Source of the DNA: an uncultured Acidobacteriota bacterium
GTDB taxonomy: Bacteria; Acidobacteriota; Terriglobia; Acidiferrales; UBA7541
Direction: 5' to 3'
Length of the DNA: 64,000 bases
Assembly: GCA_963803515.1 (NCBI GenBank)
Contig: CAWDMQ010000002.1
Span: 78,163 to 142,162, forward strand
Part shown: in pieces, positions 55,310-64,000 of the stretch
Numbering within the stretch: the first letter of the stretch is position 1
How the letters are laid out: every line of letters starts with the position of its first letter
Notes under the pieces: generated by a model
Told to the model about the DNA's origin: nothing
What the model saw: only the letters and a program-made list of their open reading frames with translations
Database searches by the model: none
Translations under genes and position numbers: made by a program

Positions 55310-56332
55310 ATGAATCATCGAAGGTACCTCCGAGTCATCGGGCTGATTTTAGTAATGGCTGCGCCGGTGCTTGGGCAGCAGCCACAGAACGATCTCCGGG
55401 CTCCTATGGCGTTTGTTCCGCTTCGCAATCCACGCTTTGTACCGGCTGCAAAAGCAGATTTTCTCAAGAGCGACGATCGGGTCGTCGGCGTCAGCGAGAA
55501 CGGAGTTTCGAAGGCTTATCAGCCGAGCGTGTTGGCATTCCACCATGTTGTCCAGGACAGTTTGCAGGACATGCCCATCATCGCAACATGGTGCTCGCTC
55601 TGCAACACTCCCCTGGTATACAAAAGTGAAGTGGATGGCAGGAAATTGACGTTCGAGAGGGCCGGCAATAGAGGAAATAATTTCTTCATGGTGGACGCGG
55701 AAACCGGCAGTCACTGGCAGCAGATTGGAGGCGACTGCTTCGAAGGACCCATGAAAGGAAAACGCCTGACGATGGTTCCTTTCCTATATACAACCTGGGG
55801 GGAGTGGCGCAAGCAGCATCCGGATACTCTGGCGTTAGTTCCCGAGGCCGCATACAAAGCAGCTTACGAGTTCATGTCTAGCAGGTTTTCGGATATTCCT
55901 TATGGCAGCAACAAGAAACCGGGCCGCGAATTGGTTCGCCAGGAGGACAATCGCCTCCCTAACTACGAACAGGTCATCGGCATTGAGGTTCATGATTCCA
56001 CAAAGGCTTACCCGGTATCGGCGCTGCGCAAAGAACCCGTGGTGAACGACAATATCGCTGGAACGCCCGTTCTGGTCGCCTACGCCGCCGCGAGCGATAC
56101 CACCACCGCATTCTCCCGGAAGATTGGTGGCCAGACATTGACGTTTCATCCCGCTACATCGACGACCATGACCGACTCCGAGACTGGTTCTACCTGGAAT
56201 TTTTACGGCAAATGTCTTGCGGGCAAGCTCGCAGGCCAGCAGCTTGATCGCATGATTCCCCAACCGGGATCATGGTTCGCGTGGGCCGAGTTCCACCCGG
56301 ATACGCAGGTTTATTCCGCACGTTCGCATTAG
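55310..56332 (+). CDS. DUF3179 domain-containing secreted protein
   Basis: Signal peptide, then the family pattern DDRVVGVSENGVSKAYQPSVLAFHHVVQD...PIIATWCSLCNT...F.MVDAETGSHWQQ. Confidence 0.75.
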   Translation: MNHRRYLRVIGLILVMAAPVLGQQPQNDLRAPMAFVPLRNPRFVPAAKADFLKSDDRVVGVSENGVSKAYQPSVLAFHHVVQDSLQDMPIIATWCSLCNTPLVYKSEVDGRKLTFERAGNRGNNFFMVDAETGSHWQQIGGDCFEGPMKGKRLTMVPFLYTTWGEWRKQHPDTLALVPEAAYKAAYEFMSSRFSDIPYGSNKKPGRELVRQEDNRLPNYEQVIGIEVHDSTKAYPVSALRKEPVVNDNIAGTPVLVAYAAASDTTTAFSRKIGGQTLTFHPATSTTMTDSETGSTWNFYGKCLAGKLAGQQLDRMIPQPGSWFAWAEFHPDTQVYSARSH

Positions 56333-56465
56333 AGTTCAACCGGCGACCCTGGGGAACTTTGGTGTTATAACCGAGCGGGCAGGTCCAAACGCGGGATTTA
56401 GCCCGTGCCGAGTGGCTCGGCGTCTGAATTTTCAGATTCGCCCGTGAAAGAAGAGAGGCGGCCCC

Positions 56466-58427
56466 ATGACGACTCCCAAAATACCCAACAAGGCCCCAGA
56501 CGTGCAAAAGAGCGCCACCGGTATTTTCTCGAGGCGCGATTTTATTGCCGCCACCGCCGCGAGTGGGATTGCCATGGGACTCGGCCAAACCGCTGCCGCT
56601 TCTCCCCCCGCTGCGGCTTCTCCCCAAGTTCTGACGCCACAGCCTGAAAACTCACTACCGAGTGGCGAACCGCAAATGTACATGGGTACTCCCGCCGGGG
56701 CTGTACTCGCGCAATTAAGGGCCGCGGGCGTTCGCACCTTGTTCCACACAAATACGAGTGGTTTCGTGCCGTTCTGGGAAGCGATCAATGAAGCGGGCGA
56801 CGTGCAAGTCATCAACATGACGCACGAGGGTCAGGCGGTCGCGGCAGCAGCTGGATATACGATGGCCAGCAAGAGCCTGGGTTTTTTCTTTGGGAGTCAC
56901 GTCGGGACTTGCAACGCGTTGAGCAACATCTATTGCGCCTGGAAAGACCGGGTTCCGCTACTCGTCACATTTTCTGGCGGAGGGTTAGGCGAGCAAGGCA
57001 AAGATGGTTTCGAGTACTGGGATAACCCGCTGGGACCGACCCAGCCTTTTACGATGTGGAATGGAACGCTTTTGCCCGAGGACATGACCGGCGTGCTGCG
57101 CCGTGCGATCAAATTCGCGTTTGGGCCGCCGAGCGGGCCGGTGACTTTGAGCTGGGGCGCGGGCGGACCGAATGGGCAGGTGGAGGCCCCGATTTACAAG
57201 ATCGATCTGGCCAACATGCGTTACAAATCCCGGGCTCCAGCCGACGCGATCCAGAAAGCCGCGCAATGGCTGATCGAAGCGAAAAATCCCGTGTTTGTTG
57301 CGGGCTCCGAGATTGGCGTCGAGGGAGCTTACGAGGAAATTGTGGCGCTGGCGGAAAAGCTCTCGGTGCCGGTGGCGGAAACGATGCATAGCCTTTATGC
57401 GAATTTCCCCAACGATCATCCGCTGTTTCTGGGTGAACTTGAGGCGCAGAGGTTTCCGCGGCAAAAAGATTTGCTGATCAGTTTCGGCGAAAGCTTCACG
57501 GCCGGCAATGAAGATGATCGCGGACTGATGGGCCGGAACAGACCGATTGTCCACATCAGTCACGATCCCAATACTCTCGGCAGATCGCTGGCTCCCGACC
57601 TGAGCATTCTTTCGGAAGTGCGCACGGCGATCCGCGACCTTTCCGACGCATTGGATGCCATGTTGACCAAGGATCGCATGGCCAGGATTCGCTCCAGCAG
57701 ACTGGCGGAAGTTTCCATGCTGACGAGTGAGCTAAAACAATCCCGGGAAACGGCGCTACACGCGCGCTTCGATAACAACCCCTTGACTTGGGAGCGCGTG
57801 GGATATGAGCTGCAGAAAGCACTTGATAAGGATGCTGTGATTGTGCCGGAACTCGGGACCGAATATTACAAATTGCTGAGGCAGATGAGTTTGGGAGGAG
57901 CGAATAAGCAAAAGATTGGACGCACGAAAGGCGACGCACTGGGGTGGGGCGTAGCCGCGGCGTTTGGCGTCAACGTCGCGTTGCCCGAGCGGCAAATCGT
58001 CGCGGTGCAAGGCGATGGCGGCTTTCTGTTTGGCCAATCGGAGACCTTGTGGAGCATCGCGCGATATCAGGCGCCTATGCTCATCGTGATTATGAATAAT
58101 CGGCTGTACAACGAGAGTCGTGATCGCAATATGCTCAACGGCGGTCCGTTGTATGAGGCCGGCAAGGACTTCAACGGCTACCTGGGAGATCCCAATGTCG
58201 AATATACAAAAATTGCGGAAGCTTACGGCCTGAAAGGCGAAAAGGTAAAAATCGCGGGTGACTTGCCGGCAGCATTACAGCGATCTCTGAAGAACATGCG
58301 GGATGGCAAAGCGGTGGTGCTGGATATTGATATCGCGCCCGATGGTCCGGCGCTGAGCCAGGGTACCTGGTATCAGCGGCACTCGATTGCGGAGATCCGC
58401 AAGAAAAAGCTGAACGCCGCCGGATAA
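56466..58427 (+). CDS. Tat-exported thiamine-diphosphate-dependent enzyme (acetolactate synthase/pyruvate oxidase superfamily)
   Basis: Twin-arginine signal SRRDFIAATAASGIAMGLG, a Pyr domain with the catalytic Glu (MTHEGQAVAAAAGY), and the PP-domain ThDP motif GDGGFLFGQSE...IVIMNN. Confidence 0.8.
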   Translation: MTTPKIPNKAPDVQKSATGIFSRRDFIAATAASGIAMGLGQTAAASPPAAASPQVLTPQPENSLPSGEPQMYMGTPAGAVLAQLRAAGVRTLFHTNTSGFVPFWEAINEAGDVQVINMTHEGQAVAAAAGYTMASKSLGFFFGSHVGTCNALSNIYCAWKDRVPLLVTFSGGGLGEQGKDGFEYWDNPLGPTQPFTMWNGTLLPEDMTGVLRRAIKFAFGPPSGPVTLSWGAGGPNGQVEAPIYKIDLANMRYKSRAPADAIQKAAQWLIEAKNPVFVAGSEIGVEGAYEEIVALAEKLSVPVAETMHSLYANFPNDHPLFLGELEAQRFPRQKDLLISFGESFTAGNEDDRGLMGRNRPIVHISHDPNTLGRSLAPDLSILSEVRTAIRDLSDALDAMLTKDRMARIRSSRLAEVSMLTSELKQSRETALHARFDNNPLTWERVGYELQKALDKDAVIVPELGTEYYKLLRQMSLGGANKQKIGRTKGDALGWGVAAAFGVNVALPERQIVAVQGDGGFLFGQSETLWSIARYQAPMLIVIMNNRLYNESRDRNMLNGGPLYEAGKDFNGYLGDPNVEYTKIAEAYGLKGEKVKIAGDLPAALQRSLKNMRDGKAVVLDIDIAPDGPALSQGTWYQRHSIAEIRKKKLNAAG

Positions 58428-58484
58428 GTGCCGAAGGATAAGCCTTCGCAAAGATTTTCCAGGAATGGTCCGAGGAGGAGTCCG

Positions 58485-59078
58485 ATGCAGGACGGCCGCA
58501 AGAAACAGCGAATCGTTTCGCTCGCCTTCTCGAGTCTTCTGGTGTGGGTTGCCGCCGCGCATTCGACGGGAAGACTTGCAGCCCAGGCGGCGGCGAAGGC
58601 CTCAAGCGACGAACAGGCTCAGATCGAAAAAGGCAGACAGGTGGTGGGGCAAACGTGCGTGGCGTGTCACACAAATATATTGCGGATGGCGCAGGTCCAT
58701 AAACAATCCCCAGAACAGTGGCGGGACACGGTGTACTCGATGATTGGCCGGGGCGCGCAGATTTTGCCCGACGAAATCGAGCCCCTGACCGCTTTTTTGG
58801 CGGCGACCTACGGTCTTAAGGAGCCCGCGCAAGCAAGCCAGACGCCGGCCGCGGGCCGCCCGGTGGGTGGCAGAGTGGAGCAACAATCGCCAGACGCTGA
58901 GGGCCGGGCCATACTTCAGCGCAGTTGCCAGCAGTGCCATAGTCAGGCGGTGGCCTCGACAAAATTGGCTTCCGAAGATTGGGGCGCGGTCATCGCCAGG
59001 ATGATGACCTATGGCGCAAAACTCACTCCCGCGGACCAACAAAAGCTGATCGGATATCTCAGCGGGCCCGGACGGTAG
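58485..59078 (+). CDS. dihaem c-type cytochrome
   Basis: Signal peptide and two CxxCH sites (CVACH, CQQCH). Start at ATG 58485 with GAGGAGG 6-8 nt upstream. It begins 58 nt after the ThDP enzyme stop. Confidence 0.8.
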   Translation: MQDGRKKQRIVSLAFSSLLVWVAAAHSTGRLAAQAAAKASSDEQAQIEKGRQVVGQTCVACHTNILRMAQVHKQSPEQWRDTVYSMIGRGAQILPDEIEPLTAFLAATYGLKEPAQASQTPAAGRPVGGRVEQQSPDAEGRAILQRSCQQCHSQAVASTKLASEDWGAVIARMMTYGAKLTPADQQKLIGYLSGPGR

Positions 59079-59183
59079 AGGCAGCAGCCTGCTTATGCAC
59101 CGAAGCAGGCGACTCTTCGCAGGATACATTTTCGAAGCCGGATACATTTCCGAACCCTGATACATTTTCGAAGGAGTTCACGA

Positions 59184-59813
59184 ATGAAAAATCGCGCTTT
59201 TATTGGATTACTCGTACTGCTGGCCGCCTCGCCGCTTTTGGCGCAAGTGCCCAAGGGATGGATGGTGCGGGTCGACCGCAGTGCCAGCGCTTCGGACCCG
59301 GACGCCGCAGGTAGTATCAAACTTGTCGCCACAGGATCAGGCTTCCGCGCGACAGCGCCCCAAGCCGCAACCTTCTGGAACCCGGCGAACACGGCCACCG
59401 GAAACTACACACTCAAGGCCACGTTCACGCTTCTGAAATCGACCGGTTACCTCGAGTATTACGGGCTGGTTTTCGGCGGGAGCAATCTGGAAGGTGCGGC
59501 GCAGGATTACCTCTACTTCATAATTACGGACGATGGGACTTGGATGGTGAAACGTCGCACCGGTTCCGCAACCCAGAACGTGACCGCAAAGACATCAAGT
59601 GATGCAGTGAAAAAGCCCGACGCCAGCGGAAAGTGTACCAACGCTCTCGAAGTGCGCGTAACAAATGACAAAATCGGATTGCTGGTTAACGGCACGGTTG
59701 TCGGTACGATTCCTAAGTCGGGGCAAGCGGCCAAAACCGACGGCATCGCTGGTTTTCGGGTGAATCATCATCTTGACGTACAAATAGACGGATTCTCGAT
59801 TACGAAAGAATAA
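59184..59813 (+). CDS. secreted hypothetical protein (beta-sandwich/LamG-like appearance)
   Basis: Signal peptide MKNRAFIGLLVLLAASPLLAQ and a beta-rich sequence (YTLKATFTLL, YLYFIITDDGTWMVKRR, LEVRVTNDKIGLLVNGTVVG, GFRVNHHLDVQIDGFSI). Confidence 0.65.
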   Translation: MKNRAFIGLLVLLAASPLLAQVPKGWMVRVDRSASASDPDAAGSIKLVATGSGFRATAPQAATFWNPANTATGNYTLKATFTLLKSTGYLEYYGLVFGGSNLEGAAQDYLYFIITDDGTWMVKRRTGSATQNVTAKTSSDAVKKPDASGKCTNALEVRVTNDKIGLLVNGTVVGTIPKSGQAAKTDGIAGFRVNHHLDVQIDGFSITKE

Positions 59814-60003
59814 AAGCTACCCAGATTCTTAGTTGCCTTGAAAGTGGGATGGTGTTCGGGAAGGAAATTGCCGGATAACCCGCTGGTCTAGAACCCGCCG
59901 AGCGCTGCGTTACGTATTTGTCCGGTCGGACCTTCGTAATTGATGGCGCAGAGGGTGGGAATACCCGAATACATCGGTCTGCACGCAGGAAGCCTGACAG
60001 CCG

Positions 60004-60408
60004 CTATTTGAATATTACCAGCCCGAGAATTATCGCGATGAGGAGGTCGAAAATCACGGGCGTGAGAAAGAAATAACGCAGGGTCAAAGCCGCATGAGCT
60101 ACGTTCGCAGCCAGGAGGATCGCTACTAAGGGCACGACGGACACTGAGCCGTTGCGAGCCATAAAGACCAACTGCCACAAAATGGCAATCTCCACATAAC
60201 CCCAGAGGATCGCAAGCAGTCCGTAACCAAAGTAGAAGTCCCAGTAACTCCGTTCGAATCCGTTAAACTTCCACCGCTGGCCCTTCATCCGGGCCAGCAA
60301 ATCGGCTTCGTCCTTGCCGTGCTGCGGCTTGGCTCGAAGAAACAGAACCGTGTGCGCCAAGTACTGAATCGATGCGAGAACGGCGGCGATGGACAAAAGC
60401 AGTGACAT
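60004..60408 (-). CDS. hypothetical four-TM membrane protein
   Basis: 134 aa with four hydrophobic helices. No family recognised. Confidence 0.6.
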   Translation of the reverse strand: MSLLLSIAAVLASIQYLAHTVLFLRAKPQHGKDEADLLARMKGQRWKFNGFERSYWDFYFGYGLLAILWGYVEIAILWQLVFMARNGSVSVVPLVAILLAANVAHAALTLRYFFLTPVIFDLLIAIILGLVIFK

Positions 60409-60616
60409 TGCGGCACGTCACGATCATGGTACCTTTCACTCGCTGAGTTGCCAATAAATGGCCAACAAAAACCCAAGAAAAGGTCTGCACTCGACAATTG
60501 ATGTGAAGTAAAGCCACTGCTTCCGCATCCGCATCCGTGCAAAGCAAAGCTGCCACGCCAGCGACATAACGGAATTGCTGCGAGCGTTCATTGCCATCGA
60601 GCGGGACGCCGAGAGA

Positions 60617-62074
60617 CTACTTTTGGCGGTTCGTGCCGACCGGAGAGTGCAAGCCGGACTTTGAGAAATTGTATTCGAAGTACGCGTAGGGGTAGGAGTA
60701 ATCGTTACCTCGGGTACTTGTCTTGAGAAATTGCCCCGCGAACAATCGAGCGTAACCAAAGCCGAGGCGCAATCCTTCATTCAGCTGGTATTCGGCAATC
60801 AAATCGAGTTCGTTGCCGATATGGCTACTCGCGCCAGGATGGGCGAGAACGGCAATCGCTCCGCTGCCGGCGTAGAAATTGTCGTGTGAGGTGGCCAGCC
60901 AAAAGCCTTCGAAAGCCTGTTTGAGCTTCCATTTCTTCGTGAGCTGTTCCTGCACGCCTGCTCGGAACTGCACAAGATTGCGGCGACCGAACTGATCGGT
61001 AAACCCGTACTTGTCATGATTAGAAGGATAGAGCTGGTCAAAGGTGTTCCATTCGCGGCCAGTTGGATTTTTCGTCCCGGAGGCGTAGTTACCTTCGATA
61101 AAAACCCGCGGGGCTGCGGCAAGCTTGTGGAATGTCTTGCCGGCACTGGCATAGCCCGCCCATGCGGCAATGGAGTATGTGCCGAGCGAACCTGTCTGTC
61201 CGTCAAATTCGCTGTTGTAATCAAAGTTCTGGGGAAGTGTGCCCTTCCAGTGGAGGCCGACGGTGACTTCATTGAGGTGCCCCCGGCCGACCTCTTCTGC
61301 AAGAGCAGACTTCGAGGGTGCTACGCGCCATAGCACATAAGGCTCGAAGGTGGCGTTGGGAATAATGTTCTGAACGCTTCCGTAGACTCCATACAGATTG
61401 TTGCCGGGGATCGCCCCGTGTAAGTCACTGCTATTGCCCGGCACAACGGAAGAGGCGAAGACGCTCACCATGTATCCAGGGTGATGAAGATCGACGCGCG
61501 CAACATTAAAAGTGCGGCCCACATTGAGCCAGTCGGAGGGCCCGATTACCCGTTCGTCCCCGAAACGGAGCACTTGGCGGCCGCCTAAGACATCCACCCA
61601 ACCTTCTGTGGAACTGCCAACTTGAGTGTAGCCCTCCCAGAGGGTCCAAGTATCCTGGTAAGGATTGGCATCGGGAATGTGATGATTGAAAAAAATGCGA
61701 GCGTCTTGTACTTCACCATGAAAGAGTAGCCAACGTTCCAGCTGAATGGTCGCATGCACCCGCAAACGGTCCAGCAGGTACAAATCGCGAGTTCCCGTGT
61801 AGCCGATGCCTACGGGACCCTCGAGTCGATCCCGATACTCACCGCCGAGACGTAGCCAACTGGGCAGAGACTCGTTGAGTCTGGCAACCGGAAATAACCA
61901 TTCTGGCGAATCATTGGCTGAAGGAGGATCGGGTGCGGCACTGGGCTGCGCAGCCGAAGCTGAGCCGGAAGTCTCTTGAGCATTAAGCCGCCCTGGAGCG
62001 GTGCTCACACCGATTAAAAGGACCAGCATCAGCAGAACGTGTGCTACGGCAGCCCGTGCTCTCTTATCTTGCAA
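60617..62074 (-). CDS. alginate-export-family outer-membrane beta-barrel porin
   Basis: Signal peptide, then WLRLGGEYRDRLE..., alternating beta-strand pattern and a C-terminal aromatic-rich end (YPYAYFEYNF). Confidence 0.65.
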   Translation of the reverse strand: MQDKRARAAVAHVLLMLVLLIGVSTAPGRLNAQETSGSASAAQPSAAPDPPSANDSPEWLFPVARLNESLPSWLRLGGEYRDRLEGPVGIGYTGTRDLYLLDRLRVHATIQLERWLLFHGEVQDARIFFNHHIPDANPYQDTWTLWEGYTQVGSSTEGWVDVLGGRQVLRFGDERVIGPSDWLNVGRTFNVARVDLHHPGYMVSVFASSVVPGNSSDLHGAIPGNNLYGVYGSVQNIIPNATFEPYVLWRVAPSKSALAEEVGRGHLNEVTVGLHWKGTLPQNFDYNSEFDGQTGSLGTYSIAAWAGYASAGKTFHKLAAAPRVFIEGNYASGTKNPTGREWNTFDQLYPSNHDKYGFTDQFGRRNLVQFRAGVQEQLTKKWKLKQAFEGFWLATSHDNFYAGSGAIAVLAHPGASSHIGNELDLIAEYQLNEGLRLGFGYARLFAGQFLKTSTRGNDYSYPYAYFEYNFSKSGLHSPVGTNRQK

Positions 62075-62137
62075 TTACAAACTCCTTTTTCGAAGGGATT
62101 TTCGCGATTTGTTGCCGGTCAAGACTCAGATGAGAAG

Positions 62138-62841
62138 TCACACCTCGGGAGGCACACGCCTGAGCCAGTTCTTCAGGGAGACGTCAACAAACTGATCCGC
62201 CTTGAACATTTCCAGAAAAATGGCGTCCGTGTTGCCGGTGTTCTCGATGTTCTCGATGTAATGACCAGCAAGCCTCGGCACGAAACCTACATCGTTGGCA
62301 TTGAAGTCCAGAGTGCGTGCTCTTCCCTCGTTCAGGACTATGGTCATGCGTCCTTTGCCGGCAAGCCAGAACTGCAATTCGCGCACGGCTGGAGGGTTAA
62401 GAGTGACGACCACGGAGGCGACGTTCTTCGAGACGGGGAAATTACGCGAGTCCACGATGCGGACTTCGCCTCCGGCTGTTTTTCTCGTCGTGTCCATGGC
62501 CGACATCTTGAACGTATATTGGATAGGAGATTCCACACGTTGTCCACCGATTGCTGCCTTGTCTTGCGGAGAGATAGAGGAAGGTCTGCCGGAAAAATGT
62601 AGAGCTCTAGTGTTTGCAGTTTGGCGATAGCGGCCTTGCCGATGCCGAAGTTTTTCTCCGAGACCTCTGGCGGCGTGTGCGCGATAAGCTCGGAAAGGAG
62701 GAACGTGCCGTCTTCCGCGAAGTCACCTTCATCGAACACCAGCAGGACCTCGCATCCGTACGGCTCAAGTCCCTGAATGGAATGTGGAAAACCCGCGGGA
62801 AACAGCCATAGGTCGCCGGTGCCGATGTCATCGATGAACAT
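62138..62841 (-). pseudogene. bicupin oxalate decarboxylase/oxidase-family remnant (5'-truncated, frameshifted, internally deleted)
   Basis: ORF 62344-62841 starts mid-domain (FIDDIGTGDLWLFPAGFPHSIQG...LIAHTPPEVSEKNFG...ELYIFPADLP). ORF 62138-62536 holds cupin 2 in another frame, but RELQFWLAGKGRM lacks the His-rich metal site (compare RELHWHP....W.Y...G), and the protein stops early at ..NWLRRVPPEV. Confidence 0.7.
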
Positions 62842-62854
62842 CGTGCCGTCGGGA

Positions 62855-63334
62855 TGCCTGCTTCACGTTGACGAAAACAATGTCGGGCGTTCGGCGGTGT
62901 TCACCGCGAAGGCACGCGGGGCCACCGTGATCGCGGGAGTTTTGAAGAGGCAGACCGATGAAGTGAAGACGGTCGGCGCGGATCAGGTGATCGCAACCGA
63001 TGACGATACCGCGATTGCGGATCTTCCGCCGGTGGAGGCGGTGGCGGATACGGTCGGTGGAAGGACCGCCGAGAAGATGATCGCCAGGGTCACGCCGGGG
63101 CGAGTCTATGCATCGGTTGTGGAGGCGCCGCAGAACGCCGCGGAGTACCCGTCGGTAAAGGTCGTGAAAGTATTCTCGAAATTCGACAGGAAAACGCTCG
63201 AGTTCATGGCCGAAGCGGTGCGAGATGGAAAGCTAGTAATACCGATTGGCCTGAAACTGCCACTCAGCGAAGCAGTCAGGGCTCACGCAATGGCGGAGAA
63301 GGGTGGCATGGGGAAGATCCTGCTGGTGCCTTGA
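62855..63334 (+). pseudogene. C-terminal fragment of an MDR-family NAD(P)H quinone oxidoreductase/zinc-type alcohol dehydrogenase
   Basis: Only the Rossmann half is present (VGRSAVFTAKARGATVIAG...GKLVIPIGLKLPLSEAVRAHAMAEKGGMGKILLVP). The catalytic N-terminal half is missing, and homology starts about where the bicupin remnant ends. Confidence 0.65.
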
Positions 63335-63395
63335 AATTGTGTTGCGAACAGAGGACTTGTATTTCTAGTGAGTGCTCTATCGAAAGGAGTCGTCA

Positions 63396-63842
63396 ATGAA
63401 CGCCGTACAAATCGAACAGAAGAGCTACGAGATGCCGCCGAAGGAAGGGATGAGCATCGCGCATTTTCTCACCGTTGCCGACGTCGAGCGATCGGCTCGC
63501 TACTATGAAAAAGTATTCGGCGCTCGCATTCTGACCATGGGGGACGGCAACGCACCTCCGTACCTTCAGCTTGCGAATATCTGGATGATTTTGAACGTGG
63601 GGGGCGGCCCGACCCCGGACAAGCCGACGGTAACGCTCAGCGTCCCCGACCCGAACCACATCAACAGCTTTATGAATTTCCGCGTCGCCGATATTCAAGC
63701 GTGCTACGAATTATGGAAAAGTCGGGGAGCCGAGTTTCTCACGGAACCGATTGCCAAGTACGGCGAGATCCGCTGCTACATCCGCGACCCAGACGGTTAC
63801 ATCATCGAGGTCGGACAAAGCACTTCCCTCAAATACGGTTAG
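63396..63842 (+). CDS. VOC-family (glyoxalase/bleomycin resistance/dioxygenase) protein
   Basis: HFLTVADVERSARYYEKVFGARIL and a C-terminal YIRDPDGYIIEVGQ, typical of VOC modules. Start taken at MNAVQ (63396). Confidence 0.75.
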   Translation: MNAVQIEQKSYEMPPKEGMSIAHFLTVADVERSARYYEKVFGARILTMGDGNAPPYLQLANIWMILNVGGGPTPDKPTVTLSVPDPNHINSFMNFRVADIQACYELWKSRGAEFLTEPIAKYGEIRCYIRDPDGYIIEVGQSTSLKYG

Positions 63843-64000
63843 TGCTTGGAGCGGATTGGGAGAAGCCTCTGCGCCTCGGCCTTGCGCTTCTGCCAATCTT
63901 TGCCTGGAACAGTCACCTGCGTTGACATCGAAAGGAGTACCAGATGCCTGGCACACATGGGCTGAAACAGCCCATGCTTTAGCGTGAACGTTCTTACCAC

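Overview
High-GC (about 60%) chromosomal segment. Gene content suggests Acidobacteriota, Terriglobia type; this is an inference from the carboxypeptidase-regulatory-like TonB receptor, a Tes/GDGT-MAS-like radical SAM gene and many Tat/secreted proteins. No rRNA, tRNA, CRISPR array or recognisable transposase/integrase was found. Left to right: ilvA; an ArsA/GET3-like ATPase with a coupled small ORF; DAHP synthase; Bcp peroxiredoxin; a low-GC three-gene islet; asd; a heavily decayed TonB-dependent receptor; a frameshifted thrC; pheA; two SDRs; an M1 aminopeptidase with HEAT repeats; a glycolate/glyoxylate locus (glycerate kinase, GlcG-like and 2-hydroxyacid dehydrogenase, divergent from glcDEF); siroheme synthase; a complete sulfate-assimilation locus (sbp-cysTWA convergent with sat-cysH); Znf-UBP and a DUF5996-like gene; a K+-channel-like protein; lactate/glycolate permease; a HAMP-PP2C phosphatase next to a predicted pseudokinase; a CDF transporter; a Tes/GDGT-MAS-like radical SAM enzyme coupled to a SAM methyltransferase; a Tat-exported ThDP enzyme with a dihaem cytochrome c; an alginate-export-type porin; and several gene remnants. 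The strongest result is regulatory. Both sulfate-assimilation operons start with a near-identical leader made of a promoter, a short Cys-codon-rich ORF (core CC-x-CCRC..SSG.K) and an intrinsic terminator whose 5' arm is complementary to the 3' end of the small ORF. This looks like a cysteine-sensing ribosome-mediated attenuator present in two copies. A similar but weaker aromatic-rich leader with a terminator precedes DAHP synthase. Pseudogene density is unusually high (TonB receptor, thrC, FAD oxidoreductase, bicupin, MDR reductase). All calls rest on reading the ORF translations and the DNA by eye; no database search or folding program was run.
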